In this document: positions 26,889-40,560 of the stretch, piece after piece
Numbering within the stretch: position 1 is the first letter of the stretch
Layout: every line of letters begins with the position of its first letter
DNA from: Eledone cirrhosa
Lineage: Eukaryota
Length of the DNA stretch: 64,000 nt
Assembly (NCBI GenBank): GCA_964016885.1
Contig: OZ024746.1
Coordinates: forward strand, 3,224,001-3,288,000
Reading direction: 5' to 3'
Notes under the pieces: model-generated
The model's input: the letters and a program-made list of their open reading frames with translations, nothing else
Database searches by the model: none
Told to the model about the DNA's origin: nothing
Program-made: the position numbers and the translations under genes

Positions 26889-28680
26889 GTACAAGTAGAC
26901 GGCTGTTGTTTCTTGTTGACTACTTTATCTTTGTTGTTTCTTGTTGACTACTTTATCTTTGTTGTCTGTGGTTTTTCTTACGCTTTTGGTATTTTTCATA
27001 AAAATCTTCAATTTAGTAAATGCTTACTTACATTTATGTTTCAAAAACAAACAAACATTGGCATCTCTGTCATATTATCAACCATTATCATTCTGTTGAA
27101 TAAATTGAGTTTAATCTTTGATTTAAACTTTTTCATGACTGATCATTTGAAATATATTCGGAAAAGGTTATTTCTAAAAAACTTTTAACCCCTGAACCTT
27201 TTCCAAACTAATATGGCATTGTGGCTTTATCAAACATTTTTTATCTTAGACCATATCATCACAAAATTCCTATAGTTAACTGTAAAAGCCCCTTGTGCTC
27301 AAAGCATAGATACTATGATGATGATATCAGTTTTGGTATAAACAATACTCCCATAATTATTTTAGTAGTAAAATAATGAAAAGACCTTTTAGTACCCATA
27401 TAATAATAAATATACCACTAAGTCAATGTTTTTTTATTGCAGAGCCTAAAGGCTGTCAGCTGTCTATTGGCACTGCAGTATTAAATAAATATATTACTCT
27501 AAACCATTTATATATATATAGTATAGAGAGATGGGAGATAGATAGATGTTACATACAAACCAACTATATATATAACATCTCGATAAAATTGTTAAAATTA
27601 ACATAAAACTAAAGATCTTCAATCAGATAGTCTTGATTTAAACAATAAGCTAAAATGTGATATTGTTAAAATAGTTTTTACTTTAAAATTTAACAATTGT
27701 TTTAATTCTTCTTGTTAGTCTTTTTATTGTTATCTTTTGAAGCTTGTCTCTTGTTGTCTGCTTTCTTCATGTTTAATTGCTTCCTGTCAATGTCATGTCT
27801 TATAGCCAAGTATTTTCAGGCTCTCATTATATTTTTGAGGCTTTATTACCATTTTTATGCATTATTTTACCATTCCCATATTGATATATATATATATATA
27901 TGTCTTTGTATTTTTATTTCTATTTCTGCTCATTCAAAATTGGTTTACATACATTTTTGTAATCCTTGTCATATTTTTTAAACTATTTTTATTTATTTTT
28001 CATAATTTATTCTGAATAGTAAAGCAGCATGAATAATTAGCCTGGTAGTTGTTTTAAATTCATCTTCTTAAACAGCCACACATTTCATCATTTTTTAAAG
28101 AAATCATTTATCTTTGACATTTTATCCCTATCACCAGAGTTTCTACTTACAGTGGTCGTCTTTGATCTGTTTTCAATCCATCATTACCATGAATACTGGC
28201 TTTATTAACACATGTCTATCAATAATTTCTTACTCTGTGTAAACGTGTTTGTGTGTGGTGTATATATAATGAGCTATATTACTTCAAGTAATTTGAATCA
28301 AGTGTAAGTAAGTTGTAGGGAAAACTCCTCAAATTGATACTTGTTATATTGTTGTTGTGCAGTGGAGTTTTTGACTCCATTCAAACAGGGATTACGTTAG
28401 GACTAGAAATGGGTTAATACAACTTCCTTGTTTTATTCAGTCATTAAGACTTTTGACTCAGTTGTTTTAATGATTTTTTTTGGTCACGCGGCATAGTTAT
28501 CAATAATTATAGTGATGTTATTGTCTTTTTCCGGCTACTCTCATTTATAAGCCTTAGTTACTATCCTGTCAAGTAACGTTCATTGTATGTATAGCTTGAA
28601 TTATTTTTTGTTTTATGTCTACTGTCTATGTTTTAACCAGAGTTTTAACATTTGAAACACAAATCAATTTTTATTTGCAG

Positions 28681-28722
28681 ATGTCACTGATAAGTTGATA
28701 TTTTCTCCAGAGTATTTTTCTA
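28681..28722 (+). CDS. candidate 42-nt microexon (DVTDKLIFSPEYFS); internal acceptor would give a 12-nt form 28711-28722
   Basis: ttttatttgcag acceptor, gtaaga donor, phase 1-1 with no stop. A second acceptor ttttctccag ends at 28710 and keeps the same frame. Confidence 0.45.
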
Positions 28723-29725
28723 GTAAGAAACCTCTCTCACCCAATTTATGACTGTATATGTTTGATTGACATATCATGGCTGCTTTTGTAGTTTTATTTC
28801 TTTAAATCATTTTCTTTTCTTTTCAGTTCTTTTAAATACATTTGGGGATGTTGTGACATTATAAAGTTATCTAAATTATTAAAATTCCTTTTGAATTCAT
28901 TCAGCTTAATTTTTATTGAATTTAGTACTAAAAGGTCACTTTTAAACCCGACAATGATGGGTCAGCATAGTTTCTTTGTTTTCTTTGTCCCATTTTTTTT
29001 CTTCCATAAATTATCTTTACATTTTTCACCTTCATCAAATTAAGTTATGTAACCTATATAACTTTCATATTTCTAAGCATTATATAGAACGTTTATTCTG
29101 CAATATTTGTCGAGACTTGACAAACTTAGAGGGCTTTATCATTATAAAGGTCTGACTTAAAGTTAACTTATATTTCATATGGATCAGCATTGTTATAAAA
29201 AAATAATGAACATAAATGATACCAGTACTAAATATGTCATCATATGATTTCTGTGTGTGAAGCTGTAAAGAATACATGTCCATATTATCAACATATATGA
29301 AAGTACTATGATTGATTGTTTCAATAACACACTATTATTTCTATATAATTGTAGCAAGAATGATAGTTAACTGACAATCTCTGGTAGCTTAATTTGAGGT
29401 TTTCTAGCACGTTATTATTACAGTAAGCATCTAATTATTCATATTACTAATAATTGGTTTTAATTTGCACCAGAGTGTATTGATATAGCATGTATATCTA
29501 GTCTGCTATTCAACATTCTATAGTTCTATGGTTAAATATTAACCTGGTAAAGTATGGCTGTTAGGTTTATGATGGATGGTTATGTAAAGTTACTATTTCC
29601 AACATGTGTTGAGCCGTGCTTTTTAATTGTGCTTTTTACAATACACTTACATCAACCCATGAACCAGCTGCAATGTCCAGAATGTGTTGCGATTACCTGT
29701 CTGACCACCACTTGCTCAATTTCAG

Positions 29726-29905
29726 AACAATATAGAGAAAATCATCGTAGATCATACCCTGCTGCTGATGTGGCTGACACCATGCACTTATTTAGCCTGT
29801 ACGGGATAAGTGACCCAGTTGCTGACGCTCATCTCCACCCACCATCCGCATATCCATTCAAGAAGTCATCCAGTATGAGGTTATCTGAGAAGGCAGAGTT
29901 TGAAG
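29726..29905 (+). CDS. probable 180-nt exon of the p190 RhoGAP-like gene (EQYRENHRRSYP...KAEFE)
   Basis: caatttcag acceptor, AAG/gtgaat donor, phase 1-1, GC-richer than its flanks. Lies inside ORF 29554..29940 in the expected frame. Confidence 0.7.
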
Positions 29906-32363
29906 GTGAATGCCTGGTTCAACAGCTTGTTGTCGGTTAACAGTTTGCTTTCACCCACTTCTAATATATCTTGTTATTTACATTTTATTAAAATATTAAA
30001 AAGAAACGGTCAAAATAAAAAGGAGAAAACAATATACTAAAGCATCTTTTGTGGCTACAAATTAATCCAACAATTCTGTGAGAGCAAATATGAGAACTGT
30101 TGGACAAATGGGTCCCATCTTGAACCTTCTTGTTGTGTTCTTCTCTCTATATATTCCCCATTCCAACCCCAATTTGTGCCCCCCTAAATAGATATGTAGT
30201 TTACACTGTAAACTCTGGTCAGCACAATGTCTTTTGTTTATTTTTTTTTTAATCCTGCTGCCCATCACTTCCTCTCATTGTCTTTTAACCATTTCACTCC
30301 TGCCAGTTGTCAACTGTCTTTGCTATGCTACTATCATAGTTTTTTTTTAGTTCATTCCCATTGGTTGTATTATTTTGTTCCCCCCTCTTAATGAACACTA
30401 ACTTTTTAATGATTTGCATGCCTCAAATGTATTCTAAGTGTAAATGTTGAGTTTTGTTTGTTTGTCCATTTGTCTAAGTAAATTTTATTTAGAAAAGTTA
30501 GTGATATCATTTGATTCTAAGGCAGTTAAAATTAACTTTAAAAATTGGAGTATTACTGCAATTTGTTTTTGCTAAACACAAAAGTGATTATGTAGCATAA
30601 TGTGTGTTTGGTCTAGCTCATATTTGATTTTTCTATGGTAGAGATCAGCAACAAGTCATTGGGCTGTTCTCTGTGGAAGTTTGACCTTTTCAAATTAAAT
30701 GTAACATTATATAGCATACATGTGAGCTACATGCAAAACTGAAAATAATATCAAAATTAGGCAAATAGAAATTAATTCCTCATATATAGAGTTGTGTATG
30801 TTCTACATGCATGGAAAATATATACATAGAGTACTGACCACATGACCATGATTTCAAACCTTACTATAGCAATTGTACTGTACTCCTGGGCAAAGTATAT
30901 AATTCTACTGGTCTCAGTTTAGTGGTCTGTGAGAAGAAAATCAGTTGTTCCAACAGTATGCTTATTAAAATACACACACACACACACACATTTATATACA
31001 CACTCACATGTATGTATAGTATAATGTACACTTAAAGTCAAATTCAGTAGATATTTTCATGAATAATGCAGTAAATTTCAAATTCATGTCTCGTAGAAGC
31101 TATAATTACAGTTTATAACGTCATTTAAATTTTGACCATCTCTTGAAAAGAATTTTTATTTTATTTTATTTTTTTATTTATTTATTTTTAGTTGAAAATT
31201 TAGCAAATGAAATGTTTTGACTGATAATCTTAATATGATTACTTGGCCCACAATTATGTATTGATTATTGAGTATCAGTGAATAATGCATTAAGTAAGAT
31301 CTGAGTCTTGTTAGATCAATCTCAACTGACTTCTCTACAAGAACAAATTCAACACCTTGTTCTTTTGTATCCTATTTTGATATATAACAATAGAAAAGTT
31401 TGGTTTTCTACACTTACACACAACATTTTCCTTCTTAGTTCTTGTTCATTACATCAATAATTTTTACAATGAACTTCCTTCAGTTGACTTCATCTTGCTT
31501 TCAATTGAAAACTATTAAAAGGATTTTCTTTTTTTTTTTTTTGTTCAGAAGTAAATTTAGAAATTTATATTTTTTATCCAAGTATAATTTCAGTAAGGAT
31601 ACAGAAAGTATTAAATGCCATCTATAATAAATTGATTTTATATGAATTTTAATCCAAATTATTTTTTATATATTCTTTTCAAAATATAAATAAATTAAAT
31701 TTCAGAATGCTCAACCAAAAATCTTATTAAAATACAAAAGAAATACTGGGTTTATTGTATTCCTAAAATAAAATGCATGGTTTGTGTAATTGATGCCAAT
31801 TATTATCTGTATAAATATTGAGAGTATTGTCTATGTGTGTGAGAATGTTTAGTAAGGTGATTCAAACAGCTTCTGGTTGTATATAAACAAATTCAATATT
31901 ACCAACTTCTATTGGATTCAAAATGTTACCTTTAACCGATTGGCCTTGAAATTATATTATTACAGGACATCTCGCAGTATGAATGTCTACATTTGCTTCT
32001 TTAGAATATTAAACATTGTTGCTTTGTTTGGAAATTGCATGTACATAGTTGTGTACTGAATTTTCCATTTGTGTTGTATGATTGGCTAAGTCTTTTTAAA
32101 TTCTCAACCCTTCTGCTAATGTTTGTTAAATGATGTCATTGTCTTCACTATCCTCTCCTTATTGGACATTTTCATATGCAACAAAACTCCAATTTGAAAT
32201 GAAACTTTCTCTTATTTTAAGGATGCTCTTCCTTTTGAAGAGGATATTTCCTTTATAAATAAATCCTATATTGGTTCAAGTGGATCGAGCAAAAGGTTCT
32301 CTAACATTGTGTGTGTGTGTGTATTTTTTTCTCATTTAGTTTCTCTCTTTCAACTTTTTTAAT

Positions 32364-32402
<39 letters not shown>

Positions 32403-35400
32403 GAATGATGAAATTGGGAAATAATTTGTATTATATATGCATGAATACCAGAATAATGTTTAGTAGTTTCTCTGCATGTTAACACCAGTAGTTTGTAGGT
32501 TAGAGCAGTGTTGATTGTAGTAATTGTGGAATGTTGTGTAAAGATCCTTTGTGATTTATATGGAAGAGACAGAACTGTTGGGATTTGATGCTTTTTTTTA
32601 TAAAATAGCAGTATATTGTGTGTGTTTGGTGTACAAGCTGTGTTGCCATGTTTGAGAGTGATCTGTAGTTTAAACTGAGAAGTCATAAGAATCTGTTATA
32701 TCATACTCTTTGAGTATTATATGACTGGTCATATGTTGTGGGCTGATTTTCTCTAGATTTCTAATGAAACTCAAGTCATGCTTGGGTAAGAAATACCTAC
32801 CAGTTGGTGAATGTGGTGAACTTTGGTTTAGCTAGAATTTTGATTTAACTCTTAACATCCTGCAATGATTTAGCAAGAAAATATCTAAAAACTAGTTTTG
32901 TTAATTTAAATATTTACTAGTGAACAGATTGTTGTGTAATTTACACTAAACTAAAGACTTTAATTTGCACTATTAAAGTAACAAATTCAATTCTTAATGT
33001 GATGCAGTCATAGGGCTGTTTTATAGTTTTTAAGAATGTCTGCTAATGTATTTTCATGCAGTATAGGGCATTAAAATTTAATGGCAAAGCTAACCAAATT
33101 GATTAAGGCGTACTCAAGGTGTACTGAAAGGGTTTATCTAAACCACATGCAAAGTAGAACCCTGCACTGCAAAACTATTTACGCACTTTCTCAGCAGCAA
33201 GTTTTTTCTCCTCTGTGATTCTTATTTGTGGCTGCCTATGTTGCATTGGCTATTCAAGAGTTAGAATTCTTGCCTTTAAACACAACACAGAACCAATGAC
33301 AGGGTATAAGGCAATAACCTCATTGCTGGTTGCCTTGTGTACAGTATCAACAACTTTGCCATCCTCATTCTCATACACTAAACTGTAATATTTGTTTTTA
33401 CTTAATCCTTTTGTTACCAAACCACATGAAGCCACCCAGGATTTATGTTAAACTTCATTTTACAGTGTCTATTCTTACATTAAATCCTTCCATCATAATT
33501 TTATTTTTAAATAATGTTCTAAATATCAACTTAATATTGAAAGAATTGGTTATTTAAATTTCTCCAAATATTTGATTATTTTCAAGATTAATTGATACAC
33601 AAACTCTTTCATTAAAAATACCCTAATAAAAGGATCAATTTATTAGTTATTCAGTATGAATGATTTTCAGGAAAAGAAATGTAGTATAGCAACTACCTTC
33701 CATCTTTATTTTCCATTATGATAAACCTTTTACTGGGTTACTTCAATCCTAAAATAAATTGCTGATACAAAGTGAAGTAAGCCATTAAAGCCTTTGTTTC
33801 TATAAGCCAAATTGTGTAGCCTAAGTAAGCACAGACCTTTATTATTTTGTGAGGATAATGGCATTAGTTTGTGATGTGGAAGAGTAAATGGTTTGCTCTT
33901 CGACTCTAGAAACAAATAAATACATGTCTTGTATTTTTGTTTGTAAGAATTGAATAGTGTTGCCATAGCTGCAAAGAGCGCGCACACGCACACACAGAGA
34001 AAGAGAGAGAAAAGAAATTACTGCCAAACATTTGATGACTAAGGTCGGAACCCTATAAAACATCCATAGATACATTTAATGCTGTTTACCTTTTCAATCA
34101 ATAATTATTGGGTTAAAGGGTTCTGAAAGGAAAAAAATGCATTAAAACACACTTATCCCCTGTTCAGTGTTTTTATATAGAGAGGAAGATTAATAATCAT
34201 AATAAGATAGTTGATTTTTACAAAGTTAAAAGTTGCTAATATAAGCAGTTTTCTATGAGAATCTATGGATTTGCTTTTTCTGTGGTGTTCTTTCCATTTT
34301 TATTCACAAGCTTTTGTAAGAACATTCCATCCCATGGAGTTCCATTTAGAAAAATCTGCTGAATATAAAATTAAGATGACATATTTTAGATATATAGCTT
34401 AGCAAAATTGATTATCACCATTATGCTATTTCTGTGTTTGTGCATGCTCAAACATATTTATAGGCTTGTTCCTATATATATATATCCCTATTTATAGTTT
34501 AATATTATCGGAGTTTCTTTTAGACTGCTGACTTCCCAGAGTCAAACAACTTTTCTTGTTGATAATAGTCTTTGTAAATATCATGCTATTAACATTTCAT
34601 CTCAATAAATTGTGCTTATTTTAAATAGGAAAGATGAAAGGTTAATCTTGCGGGATGTTAAGCATACATTTTTATTTTCTAGTTAGCATTGTGTGAGTCA
34701 TTGTTATTGATTAATCAGAAATGGTTGAATTAAATGAAGGATGTAGCTGTGTGTTCCAGTTCATTTCAGTGCTGTTATTTATATTGAAAATAATGGCTAC
34801 TAAATACCAAAGTGTTAGCACAGGACACCCTGTCTCTGCTTCTGTCCCCACACTCTCAGCCCCTTTGATGGCTGCTGCAGCTGCTGAATTACATTGTTTG
34901 CTCTATGTCAATATGTTCCACAGCAATAACTTGATTCCTACTATACATTGATTATATGTATTCATAAGTTATGTATCTTCTCATTCAGTCTTATCATTGA
35001 TATTTGTGTGTCTGTAGTATGGGTGATGTATATAATGATGTATGTGGAATGTTAGCATTATTTTGTCTTATTACCTAGAGCCTAATCAGAAAATTCATTG
35101 AGGAAATTCATATCCATCTATCCATGAATATAATATTTAAACTAAACATTTGTTATTTCTTGTTTTTCTCTGTTATTGCATTTCAAATAATCTGATTTAT
35201 TCTACAAACATTTTAAAGTAATCAATTTAAAATTAATACCCCCCTCCCCCCCAAAAAAACTTTGATATAATAAAAAAAATATCTTTTAAAAATGTTTTGC
35301 AAACAGGGATTTCTTCAAGCTAATCTAATGGTTATGCCATAGATTGGTACCATTTCATAAGAAAATAATGAACATTATATAGTATTTTTGACATTGTTTT

Positions 35401-35574
35401 AATATCACATGAATTTGTACACTTATAGGTTTATCCTGTAACCTATTTTTATTTATGATAAAAAATATATGAAATATCACATTTCTAAGGAAAAGAAGTC
35501 TTGATATTTTATGTATTTTTCATTTAGTCTCTTAATCCATCTGGGTTGTATTAAAATTAAATAGATGAAACAAT

Positions 35575-35766
35575 AAATAATTGTCTCTACTTTTGGCACA
35601 AGGCCAGCAATTATCCAGTGCATTACTGGTACTTTATTTTATCGACCCCCGTAAGGATGAAAGGCAAAGTTAACCTCGGCGGGATTTGAACTCAGAATGG
35701 CAAGGGCCGTGACTCTATGCGTCAAAGCATGGCGTCCGACCCTCTACCGATACTGCCAATCCACCT
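35575..35766 (-). mobile_element. SINE family A, full-length young copy
   Basis: Reverse complement nearly identical to 55661-55852. Confidence 0.88.
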
Positions 35767-36243
35767 ACATTGAACAGCATCTGATATGTTTTTATTTGGT
35801 TTCTCTTTACAACTTATTTCACTGACATTTGTTGGCACTAGAACTGGTTTCTCTGTTGGAATATTCCTTTAAATTAACCATTTTTCAACTGGATGCTGGA
35901 ACAACTATTTATTTATTCATCTATTTATTTTTGATAAATTTAAATCATCTGCTTTTTTTAAATTCTAATCTAAATTAATTGTTTAATTGTTTATCTTTCA
36001 TAAATTCTATAATATCTACATTTCCTCAAATTACTAAAAGAATCCAATTAGCTTTTCTGTTGTTGTTTTTTTAATTCCCTATAATACAGTTGTTATTGAT
36101 TATATGTTGTAGAATAAAAGCCAAGAAATTAATATGTCAAGTGCTGTGAAAATATGCGTCCATGATTAGACTTGCTGATTAGCCAGTTTTTGAATCATGT
36201 TAGCTCTCTGCTCATTAATAGTATATGTTGTTTCCATTATTAG

Positions 36244-36362
36244 AATTACTGGATACATCCCTATGTGATAATCCAAGCTGCCAGCAGGATGATACTGTAT
36301 GGACTAATAACCAATTTAAACCAGTAAGGGATAAGGCGTACAGAACCCGGTTGGAACCAGGG
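36244..36362 (+). CDS. candidate exon (ELLDTSLCDNPSCQQDDTVWTNNQFKPVRDKAYRTRLEPG)
   Basis: ttccattattag acceptor, open in phase 1, GGG/gtaaga donor (phase 0). An alternative donor gtaagg lies at 36324. GC-richer island. I could not find the next exon in the window. Confidence 0.5.
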
Positions 36363-37587
36363 GTAAGACTGATATCTCACTAACTCTTTATTATAGACTA
36401 TTTTTCTTTCAATTCCTTTTCTACGTCTAAATTTCTACATTGATGAGCATGAAAACTATATATCTATATATATACATACACAGACATACTTGTATACACA
36501 TATTTTCTCTCTCACACACAATGTATCTGCCCAGATATACACCATGTATTTTCTATTGCTATGCCACCCTGTCATACACCAAGCTTGCTGTCTAGATATA
36601 TTTTTTGCATCATCCTTTTAACATTTAGAATAGTTTGTTTTTTAATAGTTCCTTACTGTAGACTAGTTGTATGTATATGTGCCTATATATATATATATTT
36701 ATATTTAAAGTTTTTGTTTTGTAAATGGTTTTTTAGTGTCTAACCCCTTTTCTTTATTCTGGATAATGATTTCTATATTTAACTGTCTAGTATGCTATGA
36801 CCATTGCATGTGTTTGATGCACAAACACCAATAGATATCAGCTTCTTATTTGACATTCCTTCTCTTTGCTGCTTTTGACTGCAGATAAAAATCACTTTAT
36901 TTTCCCATAACTTTAAAAGCCATTGCAATGAAAACTTCACTTGAAATGTAAGAAAAAAAAACTTCTTTACCACACGTAGTTACAGCTTCCTTTAGATATA
37001 TGTTCTTGTAACCAGAAATTTCCACTATAAAAACACTATTTACCTTCTGTTTCTTTACCTCCTCCTCCCCTTCTATCTTTGCTGCATTATTTGCCACTTT
37101 ACTATTACTGTAACATTTTCACTTTTACTTGAAAGACTTTCAGGTTTTAACTGCTGTACATATAAATATATATGTGTGTATATATATGTGTATATATGTA
37201 TGTATATATATATATATATAGAGATAGATAGATATAACCATACTCTACTACCCCAAGTATCCAGTACTCTGTTGAATAATGGTCTAACCTGTTTCAAACT
37301 GGTTCTGTCCTGATATACACACATATACATGCGTATGTGTATATGCCCAACACTTACTAACAAGGAATGCGGACGTTAAGACGACGATGATGATATATAT
37401 TGGTGTGTGTGTGTGTGTATATTTGTATGTATATGTATATATATAGATGTCTGTGTGTGAGTATGTGTATGTATATAATGAAGATGTCAGTGTATAAAAA
37501 ATATGTATTAACTTGCTGACCAATAAGCCCTCAACATAAAGGTGCTAACATTTTTGAAACGGGGGGAAATTACATGTTATTATTATT

Positions 37588-37862
37588 GGTGGATTGGCAG
37601 TATCGGTAGAGGGTCGGACGCCATGCTAGGGTGGTGGATTGGCAGTATTGGTAGAGGGTCGGACACCATGCTAGGGCAGTGGATTGGCAGTATCGGTAGA
37701 GGGTCGGACATGCTTTGCAGCATAGTTACGTCCCTTTACGATCTGAGTCCCGCCGAGGTTGACTTTGCCTTTCATCCTTACGAGGTCGATAAAATAAAGT
37801 ACTAGTAATGTACTGGGGTAATTGCTGGCCTTGTGCCTAAAGTAGAAACAATTATTATTATT
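37588..37862 (+). mobile_element. SINE family A with triplicated 45-bp head
   Basis: ggtggattggcagtatcggtagagggtcggac repeated at 37588, 37633 and 37678, followed by one body and tail. Confidence 0.88.
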
Positions 37863-38206
37863 GGTACAACAATTTAGATATCTTGTACAGAAAACATATA
37901 TAACATATATTCAGTTGGAGCAGTGAAATATTACTTTATATTAGCATTATACAGTTGTAGGATATATCAAGACAGCTGCTATTTCTGGTTCTGAAGAAAC
38001 ATGATAATTACCACGATAATAATGAAAATTATTGTTTACAGTGCTCAGGTGCACTACAACTCATTGAAGGTGCTTATATATTACATAGAATCATGTCTAA
38101 ATGGATAATTGGCATGCAAAGATAATAACTTGTCAGTGGACCAATCTTAATAAATCAATGGAATGGTCAATTTATCAATTAATTAATTAATTATATATAT
38201 ATTAAC

Positions 38207-39060
38207 TTGTCTAAGACTAAAGTTATAGTATGTAGGGAGGAAAATAGGGCACTGGTCCCCTCTGGGAAATGGCCATGCTCAGTGTGTAGGAAAGGCGTAC
38301 GCAGAAACTCCATTTTATGTCCCAAATGCAAAGTATGGGTGCATAAAAGATGTAGTGGGATCACAGGTAAGCTAACTAAGAATATAGATTTTATATGTGG
38401 CCGGTGCTCAGGTGCAATAAGTAGCAGCAAGTGCCCACAGAATACTAGCCCATTCCATTGCACAGATGGTTCTATAGAAATAGTGGACACCTTCTGTTAC
38501 CTGGGTGACAAAATCAGCAGTAGTGGCGGGTGCTCTGAAAGTACAGTAGCTAGAGTCAGAACGGGATGGAAAAAGTTCCGAGAGCTTATACCACTATTAG
38601 CCGCTAAAGGTTTCTCTCTAAAAATGAAAGGCAGGCTGTATGATGCCTGCATACGAACAGCAATGTTACATGGCAGTGAGACATGGGCATTGTGTGCAGA
38701 GGATATACGCAGACTGGAGAGGAACGAAGCTCGCATGCTCCGTTGGATATGTAATAGTAATATACGTGAACGGCAAAGCATAAATTAACTAAGTGAGAAA
38801 TTAGGAATAAGAGGGATCAGATGCTATTTACTCGAGAGAAGACTACGTTGGTATGGTCACGTGATGTGCATGAAAGACGACAGCTGTATAAAAAAGTGCA
38901 GGGCGATCACAATAGACAGTAGCTACGGAGTAGGCAGACCCAGAAAAACCTGGGACGACTTGATAAATTCCGGCCTCACACACTTACACCTCTCCAAGAC
39001 AATGTCACTGGACCGAGATATTTGGCGCTACACAGTAATACAGAAGACCCGTGGCGCCTA
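38207..39060 (+). mobile_element. 5'-truncated RTE-type LINE whose RT C-terminus contains a PHD-like C4HC3 finger
   Basis: KTKVIV..PCSVCRKGV..ILCPKCKVWVHKRCSG..FICGRC..FCYLGD..MLHGSETW..LRWYGHV..GRPRKTW. Related decayed pieces at 7990-8230 and 41250-41625. Confidence 0.88.
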
Positions 39061-39685
39061 CACGTCCACTTTGCAGTGGAATGATAGGGACCGTAGTCCC
39101 TATCATCTCATTTCTACAGCTGAGTAAACTGGAGCAATGTGAAATAAAGTGTCTTGCTCAAGGAAACAACACATCACCCGGTCTGAGAATTGAACTCACA
39201 CCCTTTCGATTGCAAGGCCAATGCTCTAACCACTAAGCCATGTGCCTCCATATATGTATATATTTATGTGTGTATTTATATGTATTTACATATACATGTA
39301 AAGTTATGTTGGTGCTGCGCCATCGAGGCCGAAACAAATGAGATCGTGTAGGTGTCACGACAAAAAAACACACAGTCCACGCTGTAATGTGGCCGTGTAG
39401 GCAACACGGTAAAAACCTCCCAGACCCACACTGTAAATGTGGTTGGTGTTAGGAAGGGCATCCAACTGTAGAAAACCTGCCAGACAGTCCTATGCGAGCA
39501 AGACAATCACTCTTGCCTCAAGTGGGACTACCCCCGTCCAAACCCATGCAAGCGTGGAACACGGACGTTAAACGTTGATGATGATGATGATGATGACATG
39601 TACACATCATCTGTACCAATCCATCAATGTTTTTCTATGTAAACTGAAGAGAACGATGAGATTTATAAATGCTTCCTATTTTCTG

Positions 39686-39716
<31 letters not shown>

Positions 39717-40494
39717 TCGTGTATTTAATCTAATAAACTATGTAGTTATTTCAATTGAAATTGTGCCAGTAATATAATGTGTGTGTGTGTGTGTGTGTGG
39801 CAAGGTGATGAGGGGGGGGGGGGGGCTACTATGAATGAAATGGGCATATGATATGTCAGGCAGCAGTCCTGGGAAAATGATACATACCACCCATGATGGT
39901 TGTCACAATTAATAAATTTCTTGTGAAGACTTGACATCATTTAGGAATATAACACCACTGAGATTCTCCCTAAATATTTCCACTCTGGAAAGTTGTGATA
40001 ATAATACAGTCATCATGATCATCATCGTTTAACATCCATTTTCCACGCTAGCATGGGTTAGACGGGAGTTGTCCCACTTGAGGCAAGGCTGATTGGGTGA
40101 CCATGTCTTGCTCGTATAGGACTATCTGGCAGGTTTTCTATGGATGGATGCCCTTCCTAACACCAACCACATTTACAGTATGGAACTGGGAACTTTTTAC
40201 CGTGTTACCTACACGGCCACATTATAGCGTGGACTGTGTGTCCTTTGTCGTGACACCTACACAATCTCGAACTCATTATCTCATTTATTTGGACTGGATG
40301 TTGTGGTACCAACTTTACAGAGAGAGGGTGGTGTTGGTGGGAGTGTGAGGATAGGGTAGGGGTAGTGGATTGGGGTGTATATTTGGTTAAGAGGTGCCTA
40401 TATATATATATATATATATATGCAGAGGTTATATTTAATTTGTTGGGATTCAACAAGCTTAAAAAGTTTTATAACTGATATATAAATAAATCAG

Positions 40495-40560
40495 TATTTT
40501 ATCTGATGAAAGCACACCATAATTTGCCTTGGTTGCCCTTGAAATATGTATAATAAAATA
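40495..40560 (+). ncRNA. minimal type I hammerhead ribozyme in a short insert between (TA)n tracts
   Basis: Stem I tattttat/ataaaata; CTGATGA 40503-40509; imperfect stem II AAGCACACCA/TGGTTGCCCTT; GAAA 40541-40544; TATGTA-TA (cut predicted after 40552). Confidence 0.75.

Noticed and set aside
26868-26892. CTGACGA-AGA-tgat-TTT-GAAG resembling a hammerhead core
   Set aside because: GAAG instead of GAAA and no stems I or III; better explained as the candidate microexon.
32222-32292. Possible highly decayed hammerhead (TTGAAGA-GGAT..ATCC-TATA with flanking complementarity)
   Set aside because: Both core boxes are mutated, so it cannot be told from chance without homologues.
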